A stretch of DNA of 64,000 bases from Parcubacteria group bacterium Gr01-1014_3 (lineage in GTDB: Bacteria > Patescibacteriota > Minisyncoccia > UBA6257 > WO2-44-18): positions 167,928-231,927 of the forward strand of contig VMGF01000002.1 in assembly GCA_007376445.1 (NCBI GenBank). The letters are read 5' to 3'. Below, piece by piece: positions 56,294 to 64,000 of this stretch. Numbering within the stretch: position 1 is the first letter of the stretch; the number at the start of each line of letters is the position of its first letter. The notes beneath the pieces are model-generated. The model saw nothing but the letters and a program-made list of their open reading frames with translations. It had not been told where the DNA came from and searched no databases. A program made the position numbers and the translations under genes.

Positions 56294-56716
56294 CTACATC
56301 GAGATCCTGGAATTCGGCGGGAAGGCCTTGGCCTGAGCCGCTTCGGCTCGGCGTTCGGCGGCCGCCCTCAGGATACCGTGCCTCACGGAACCTTCGGAGA
56401 CGATGACCGGAAACGGGCCGGACCAGTCGATCTGGTGGTTGGCGTGCAGTTCATTGAGCTGCTGCGCCACCTCCACCGCCACCACCCGGCCGTGCCAACC
56501 ACCGACAGTGTCGATCGGTCCGATGAGCGGTACGGCGAGCACCGAGATCTGCCCGTTGCGGAACGTACCGATAACACGATACTCCCGCTCGCTCGGAATC
56601 CGTCCGCGCTTCCGGCCAGACCACTCCACAAAAAACGGAGGATCCAGCACATCCCGCCTGGCGGGAAGCTGAGACATCGGAACGATCGGAATGCCGTTCA
56701 TCAACTCGAAAGCCAT
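56294..56716 (-). CDS. hypothetical protein, GC-rich (about 62% GC against about 48% background)
   Basis: ORF with strongly atypical composition; no motif recognised. Confidence 0.45.
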   Translation of the reverse strand: MAFELMNGIPIVPMSQLPARRDVLDPPFFVEWSGRKRGRIPSEREYRVIGTFRNGQISVLAVPLIGPIDTVGGWHGRVVAVEVAQQLNELHANHQIDWSGPFPVIVSEGSVRHGILRAAAERRAEAAQAKAFPPNSRISM

Positions 56717-56819
56717 CAGATACCTCCCTAAGTTGTTAATCTACACTTCGTATATTATAGCATACCTTATAATTAAAGTCAAATAATAAAGCCCAGTCAT
56801 TCGACTGGGCTAGTTTTCG

Positions 56820-57725
56820 CTAGTATTCGGCTCGCTGAGGCTTGTCCTGAGCTTGCTTGTGGTGAGCTTGTCGAATCCGTCGAACGGACTTCCTCTTCTG
56901 ACCATAGTCATCGAGGGAGAACTTGAAGAGCGGTTCCTCGATCCACTCGCTGTCCGGATCACGCCAGGTCGGATCGATTACGCAATGTTCCATGAGAAAG
57001 AAGTTGTTAATTGGCAAATTATATCTATATTCTCCCGATAGATAATGCCTATATGGGCTAACAAAAACTCTCATCTTCCGGTCATCATCCAGTTCGATAA
57101 TCAACGGCCAGCGCTCGCCTGCCGGCTCTATTTTCAAGAGCTTGGCGGATCTGACGTAAATCGAAGTCAGCGGTTCGGTATTGGTCTGGAGTTCTGGCGC
57201 GGCTGGCTGACTGACATTCGTAGCCACCGCCATCGGTTCTGCCGGCATCTTAGCCGCCGCGGTCAGCCGATCAATTTCGGCCTTCTTCTCGCTAAGCGCC
57301 TTAGTTTGCATCATACAAATGCAGAACAAGACTACTGTAGCCAGCGTCACAGCCCCAATAACTATACCCATAGTCGCAGTTCGATTATCAAGCTCGTTAT
57401 TTGATCTCCACTCCCTATTCCTCAAACCATAGCTTTCCCTTTGCGCTTCATCCAACTGTTTCCCTATTTTATTATTCTCATTAACCAGAAGCAGATTTTG
57501 CTCTTTCTGAACACGAAGATCTTCCACGCTAGGACCATGCGAAATGACGCGCAGATTCTCCGCCTCCACACGTTTGTTTTCAGCCTCTAGCTTAGCGATG
57601 TAATCCTCAGCCTCTTCCATCGTCATACCCAGATCGCCGCGCGGCTCATTTGGATTAAAAACAATGTCATCCTCCTCGATCGGCTTCGCGTCACTCGGCA
57701 AATCCTTCTTCGGCTCATCAGCCAT
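56820..57725 (-). CDS. hypothetical membrane protein (single central TM)
   Basis: ORF. GGAGG RBS. TCCGCCagttGGCGGA hairpin in the 5' UTR (57740-57755). Confidence 0.45.
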   Translation of the reverse strand: MADEPKKDLPSDAKPIEEDDIVFNPNEPRGDLGMTMEEAEDYIAKLEAENKRVEAENLRVISHGPSVEDLRVQKEQNLLLVNENNKIGKQLDEAQRESYGLRNREWRSNNELDNRTATMGIVIGAVTLATVVLFCICMMQTKALSEKKAEIDRLTAAAKMPAEPMAVATNVSQPAAPELQTNTEPLTSIYVRSAKLLKIEPAGERWPLIIELDDDRKMRVFVSPYRHYLSGEYRYNLPINNFFLMEHCVIDPTWRDPDSEWIEEPLFKFSLDDYGQKRKSVRRIRQAHHKQAQDKPQRAEY

Positions 57726-57845
57726 ACAACCTCCTTGCCTCCGCCAGTTGGCGGATGGCGGGCGAATACTGTAAAGAAACTTTGAATATATTAATAAAAT
57801 ACACCGATAAAGTCAACCGCTCGATTAATTTCTCATGATATTGAT

Positions 57846-57913
57846 CCCGTTAGAAGTCGCGCCCGCGCTTTGCGCGCCCCAAAGGGGCCTATGGGCGGGC
57901 TACTTCTAACGGG
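57846..57913. repeat. CCCGTTAGA inverted-repeat element, copy 4 (68 bp, about 90% identical to copy 2 with compensatory stem changes)
   Basis: CCCGTTAGAAGT ... ACTTCTAACGGG; inner GCCCCaaaGGGGC hairpin. Confidence 0.75.
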
Positions 57914-57914
57914 A

Positions 57915-57943
57915 TTGACAATAGGCTTAATGTATGCTATAAT
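57915..57943 (+). promoter_or_regulatory. consensus sigma70 promoter fused to the element (TTGACA-17-TATAAT)
   Basis: Same offset from the element as at 9938. AAGGAGA RBS and ATG at 57993. Confidence 0.6.
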
Positions 57944-57992
57944 CCAAAAAGTAATTTAGAGTGCTTTTTAACAACTTCAATAAGGAGAACCC

Positions 57993-58424
57993 ATGGTCGA
58001 CACATCAGCTTACGGATCCCAGATTCTGGACCTGGTCGCGGCTCGAGAAACCGCCGTCAAAAAGTACACGGCGCGGGACGCGGCCTGGAAGGAGCGGCAG
58101 ATGACCAAGGAGCAGCGTCAGGCCGAAGAGGAGAACGAGATCCAGCGGGCCAAGGTGGAGATCCTAAGGATCGAGGCGCGAATCATGGAGGTCAAGGAGC
58201 TCGGGGGAACGAGGCTGGAGAATATCCGCTTTGTGCCCCTGTCCATCTGCGCGATGCCCGTCAGCGTCCAAAGCTGGTACGAGATCCGCACGTCCTGGAT
58301 CAGAAATCCGGAGCGCATGATCTTGGCGGCTTTCGATCGTGGTAACCGCCGGATTGACTTCGCTGAGAAGATCGACCCGACGACTCAGACCAGAGGCTTC
58401 TCTGTTTCGATCTCCTGGGACTAA
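57993..58424 (+). CDS. hypothetical protein (GC-rich orphan)
   Basis: ORF with RBS AAGGAGA 5 nt upstream; about 58% GC. Confidence 0.45.
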   Translation: MVDTSAYGSQILDLVAARETAVKKYTARDAAWKERQMTKEQRQAEEENEIQRAKVEILRIEARIMEVKELGGTRLENIRFVPLSICAMPVSVQSWYEIRTSWIRNPERMILAAFDRGNRRIDFAEKIDPTTQTRGFSVSISWD

Positions 58425-58427
58425 AGT

Positions 58428-58458
58428 AAAAAGCCGAGCGCAATGCTCGGCTTTTTTT
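58428..58458. terminator. bidirectional rho-independent terminator (AAAAGCCGAGCgcaatGCTCGGCTTTTTTT)
   Basis: Between convergent genes. Confidence 0.75.
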
Positions 58459-58461
58459 ATT

Positions 58462-58929
58462 TTAACCGCTATCAAAATCCCGGATGTAGGTACCGCATTT
58501 CGCGCAATGAATTTCGCCATCTCCCCACATAATGCTGTGATTCCGGACATCGTATTGATCGGAACCGCAATCGGGACAATTCAGCTTGCTACCGGCCTTA
58601 CGTCTAGCCTCAAGGTAATCCTTGACCGCTTGGTAAATCATTGCCCTCATAAAGATCTCGTTTTTGGTCAGGCCAGAAAAATCTTTGAGCGTCTTAGGAT
58701 CCAGCTTAACCATCAGAGTCTCTACATTCTCTTCGGCTTGCAGGTCGGCGCGCATCCGATCAACGCAATGCGAACAAGGAGGTTCTTCTTTATATTTCAA
58801 TAAAAAAATCTCGACTGCCTTATCAACCAGAGCCTCTGGCTTTTTTCTGTCTTTCTCCGCGTAACGATTCAGATCCTTCAGATACTTCTGATTCAGAGCG
58901 ATCGAGAAAATGAGATCTTCCTTCATCAT
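58462..58929 (-). CDS. hypothetical protein with C-terminal zinc ribbon (CPDC...CAKC)
   Basis: Internal Met start preferred (MMKEDLIF). Confidence 0.35.
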   Translation of the reverse strand: MMKEDLIFSIALNQKYLKDLNRYAEKDRKKPEALVDKAVEIFLLKYKEEPPCSHCVDRMRADLQAEENVETLMVKLDPKTLKDFSGLTKNEIFMRAMIYQAVKDYLEARRKAGSKLNCPDCGSDQYDVRNHSIMWGDGEIHCAKCGTYIRDFDSG

Positions 58930-59031
58930 GCGAAACCTTAAATGAACCGACATTATCGTAGCATGGACATTCTGGATTTGACAAATCAAAAAGAATCTTA
59001 TATTATTTATCCAGATTTTTGAGGAGGAATT

Positions 59032-59256
59032 ATGGACGCGAATTGCCGGTACTGCGGAAGTCCGGAAGGCTCCGAATGCCACAAGCACTGTCCGGCATTA
59101 GCTGGGCCTGGAGAAAAAGAGATCTGGGAGCGTGGTTACAAAAACGGCCGGATCGGAAAGCCTTATGATGGCTATGGGCCGCATTACAATTTGGGCTATC
59201 TCCGCGGCAAAGCCGAGCTAGACGTCGCGGTTGCCGAACAACCACCCGGCTGGTAA
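59032..59256 (+). CDS. small Cys-rich protein (CRYC...CHKHC), GC-rich
   Basis: ORF with GGAGG RBS. Terminator GCCCCGC...GCGGGGC + T-run follows at about 59270-59310. Confidence 0.35.
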   Translation: MDANCRYCGSPEGSECHKHCPALAGPGEKEIWERGYKNGRIGKPYDGYGPHYNLGYLRGKAELDVAVAEQPPGW

Positions 59257-59336
59257 TCAGCTGAAGCCCCGCCAACATCTTATAAAGTTGTAGCGGGGCA
59301 TTATTTTTTAGTAATATATTAAGTTAAAATAAGAAA

Positions 59337-60311
59337 ATGCTAATCGACGAAGTAAAAATCAGGGTTAATTCTGGAAAAGGCGGCAAGGGCGCTATAGCTT
59401 TTGATAAAAACAAAATGGCCATCGGTCCGGCCGGAGGTAGCGGCGGTAATGGCGGCAGTGTTTATCTGGAGGGCATTATTGATCTGGGCGCTTTGCGTCA
59501 ATTTAGGCATCAGAAAGAACACGCGGCCGAGAACGGCCGGGATGGCCGCGGGCAATATCTCGATGGACACGTTGGTGAAGACTTAACCCTGAAAGTTCCG
59601 GTCGGCACCGTCGTTCACAATCTGGACACGGATTTTAAAGAAGAAATCACGAAAGTCGGTCAACGGATCATGGTAGCTAAAGGTGGCCGGGGTGGTAAAG
59701 GTAATTTCCTCTTCCGCGCGCCGCACCGCACCAGCCCAATGATCGCCCAGCCCGGTTTGCCTGGCGAGAGCTACAATCTCCTTCTCGAATTAAAGATGAT
59801 CGCCGATGTTGGCCTGATTGGCTTACCGAATGCCGGTAAATCCAGCCTAATCAATGAACTCACCGCCGCGAAAAGCAAGGTGGCGAACTATCCCTTTACC
59901 ACGCTTGAGCCAAACCTCGGCGTTTATTATGAATTAATTCTAGCCGATATCCCGGGACTGATCGAAGGCGCTTCCACCGGGAAAGGTCTTGGCACGAAAT
60001 TTTTGCGTCACATCGAAAGAACCACTGTGCTTTTTCATCTGATCTCGGCTGAATCTGCTAAACCGGTCACTGATTATAAAGTCATCCGCGCCGAACTAAA
60101 AAAACATAATCCGAAGCTAATCGAAAAAGATGAGTATGTATTTTTAAGCAAAACCGATCTAACCACGCCGGCGAACGTTAAAAAGACAATGGCTATTTTG
60201 AAAAAACAAAATCCGAAAATAGCGGCCATTTCGATTCATGATTGGGATAGCTTAGAAAAAGTGAAAAAGATTTTGAATAAGATCAAAGCAGAGAAAATGG
60301 GTGGAGTATAA
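59337..60311 (+). CDS. obg: GTPase Obg/CgtA
   Basis: Obg fold Gly-rich N-terminal domain; G1-G4 motifs (GLPNAGKS, DIPG, SKTD). Confidence 0.9.
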   Translation: MLIDEVKIRVNSGKGGKGAIAFDKNKMAIGPAGGSGGNGGSVYLEGIIDLGALRQFRHQKEHAAENGRDGRGQYLDGHVGEDLTLKVPVGTVVHNLDTDFKEEITKVGQRIMVAKGGRGGKGNFLFRAPHRTSPMIAQPGLPGESYNLLLELKMIADVGLIGLPNAGKSSLINELTAAKSKVANYPFTTLEPNLGVYYELILADIPGLIEGASTGKGLGTKFLRHIERTTVLFHLISAESAKPVTDYKVIRAELKKHNPKLIEKDEYVFLSKTDLTTPANVKKTMAILKKQNPKIAAISIHDWDSLEKVKKILNKIKAEKMGGV

Positions 60312-60351
60312 ATAAAAGGCCCCTCATGACCTAAGTCATAAGGGGCCAACG

Positions 60352-60810
60352 TCAGCGGGGCGGGGGTTTCGAGCGGCGTCTTCGCTCCAGCTCTTCCTTG
60401 CCGGGACCGGCGAAGTAGAACTTGATCGTCGCCCGGGCATTCATAGCGTTCGCTTCCGCGATTGCCGATGGAATGCCCCAGACCCAGAACATCGACAGGG
60501 AAATGAACTGACCGGCCTGCGGTCCTTCCTGGGACGCCCAGTTGAGAGTTCCCGCGAGGTCCCAGGCGCCGATCACCGCCGGCACCGCCTGCCACGGCTC
60601 GCCATTGATGGCGAGATACGCGCTTCCGGCGCCCGGAATGACGTTCAGCGCGCCGGCCAGCAACGGGCTGACCACCGGCTTTTCTGGTAAGCCCAACTCG
60701 CGGATCTCGCGGATCTGCCAACGCTCCTCATCAGAGAGCGGATGCAGGGCGCACCCCATCGCTGTAATCGCCGTGAACCCGATCAGAACCAACAGAACCA
60801 GCTTCTTCAT
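60352..60810 (-). CDS. hypothetical lipoprotein, GC-rich (about 63% GC)
   Basis: Signal plus lipobox (TAMGC). Many spurious overlapping ORFs in other frames, typical of a high-GC insert. Confidence 0.45.
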   Translation of the reverse strand: MKKLVLLVLIGFTAITAMGCALHPLSDEERWQIREIRELGLPEKPVVSPLLAGALNVIPGAGSAYLAINGEPWQAVPAVIGAWDLAGTLNWASQEGPQAGQFISLSMFWVWGIPSAIAEANAMNARATIKFYFAGPGKEELERRRRSKPPPR

Positions 60811-60879
60811 TAACCACCTCCATTTTATACTCGAAAGTAACTGTGGGCAGTATAGCAGAAAATAAGAGATTTGTCAATC

Positions 60880-62931
<2,052 letters not shown>

Positions 62932-62971
62932 TCACAAAAAACCGGCTTTTTGCCGGTTTTAATCAATCATT

Positions 62972-63589
62972 TTACGAAGTTTTCTCAATCAACTTCCGAT
63001 ATACCAAAACCGTGGCCATCATGGAAACCGGCACCGTCACGAGCAGGCCCACGAATAAGATCAGGCTGCCGGCCAGGTTGATCAGCGCAAGCACGAAAAG
63101 CAAGACAAAAAGTTCCCAGACATGACCCTTGGTCATTGCCCAGCTGGCCTTCAGGGCCTCGATCGGATTCATGCCTTTATCGATGATTAAGTAATCAAAA
63201 AACTTTAGGCGGACTGCCAAGATAATTCCGGGAATAATCAAAAGAATTAAGCCGGCCGCCACAGCGACGCCATATAAAACTGAGCCGATGAAATACTTGA
63301 AAAACCACGGAGCGCCGGACCAGAGGTCTTTAAAAATGGCCGGATGACCAGCGTTCAGCTTAAGCGAAATCCGCAATAAACCGATGGTCACAAAAGTCTG
63401 GAGTACCCAGCTGACGATATTTAGCATGCCCAGCTTAACCGGCTCCTGGCCGATTTCGGCGGCAAACAGTGATGGCAAAAAGGAAACCAAGCCCATCACG
63501 ATGCCAACTATCAAAAATAATTTGAAGTTTTTCGTAAACTGCCCCCAGCCGTACTCAAGAGTGCTTTTTAAATTAAATAGTTTCGGCAT
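62972..63589 (-). CDS. DUF975-like polytopic membrane protein
   Basis: Five or six TM helices with a Gly/Trp-rich N-terminus. Confidence 0.45.
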   Translation of the reverse strand: MPKLFNLKSTLEYGWGQFTKNFKLFLIVGIVMGLVSFLPSLFAAEIGQEPVKLGMLNIVSWVLQTFVTIGLLRISLKLNAGHPAIFKDLWSGAPWFFKYFIGSVLYGVAVAAGLILLIIPGIILAVRLKFFDYLIIDKGMNPIEALKASWAMTKGHVWELFVLLFVLALINLAGSLILFVGLLVTVPVSMMATVLVYRKLIEKTS

Positions 63590-63590
63590 C

Positions 63591-63983
63591 TTAGAAATAT
63601 TTATCTATTATAACATGCCCGCAAAATAAATAGAGCATTGAAGCAGTGGCGAGAAATGGCCCGAACGGCAAAGCGTCTTTCCAGCCCCTCTTCCCGCTTA
63701 GTAAAATACCCGTCGCTGCTAATCCGCCAAATATAAACGCGCCCATCAGGATCACTAATATCCCCTGCCAGCCGAATAAGAATCCCAGCGCGCCAGCCAG
63801 CTTTAAATCGCCTAACCCCATGCCGCGGCCTTTGGTTAATAAGACTATTAGGCTAAAAATTACCAAACCAATCGCCGCGCCCAGCAAATGGTCTTTCCAA
63901 ACTGCCCAATCGGATATACCTGAAACTCCTATTAAAGCCGCGCCGCCCAGAACCAACGCAAGATTCAGTTGGTCCGGTATCAC
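63591..63983 (-). CDS. A24-family prepilin peptidase-like protein (short TadV/CpaA type)
   Basis: GMGLGDLKLAGALGFLFGW matches the A24 catalytic Asp region. May extend beyond the window end. Confidence 0.5.
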   Translation of the reverse strand: MIPDQLNLALVLGGAALIGVSGISDWAVWKDHLLGAAIGLVIFSLIVLLTKGRGMGLGDLKLAGALGFLFGWQGILVILMGAFIFGGLAATGILLSGKRGWKDALPFGPFLATASMLYLFCGHVIIDKYF

Positions 63984-64000
63984 GTAATGTCGAAGATCGA

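Overview
The window is a 64-kb stretch of a small-genome bacterium with about 48% GC. Gene content and style suggest a Patescibacteria/CPR-like organism, but that is inference, not proven here.

Gene content: mostly housekeeping genes. These include the dnaK-dnaJ-grpE chaperone operon, secD/secF, dnaB, recR, ligA, obg, cysS, truB, nfo, rdgB, rplU, a class II ribonucleotide reductase, rsmE, and four tRNAs, one of which is interrupted by a group I intron. There is also a sugar-modification cluster, scattered nucleoside-salvage genes, many small secreted or membrane proteins, and several short GC-rich orphan genes.

The most unusual content is at DNA/RNA level rather than protein level. There are several families of short structured repeats:
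1. A roughly 33-bp double-hairpin palindromic element inserted in frame, always in the same orientation and reading frame, into four unrelated essential genes. Each copy adds an FSAxGGSSxGG loop.
2. A family bounded by CCCGTTAGA inverted repeats. Its stem extensions covary between copies, and two copies are fused to perfect consensus sigma70 promoters that drive small orphan genes.
3. A conserved two-hairpin 5' leader ending in GGGAGG, found upstream of three unrelated small-protein genes.
4. Recurring TCCGCC-N4-GGCGGA hairpins, terminator hairpins that covary between copies, and AT-rich word repeats.

One four-gene operon may encode a DNA-translocation-like module: a sigma-r4/HARE-HTH protein, a membrane protein, a T4CP-like ATPase with a disordered tail, and a transglutaminase-like lipoprotein.

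All coordinates come from manual counting anchored on the ORF track. Expect errors of 1-2 nt.
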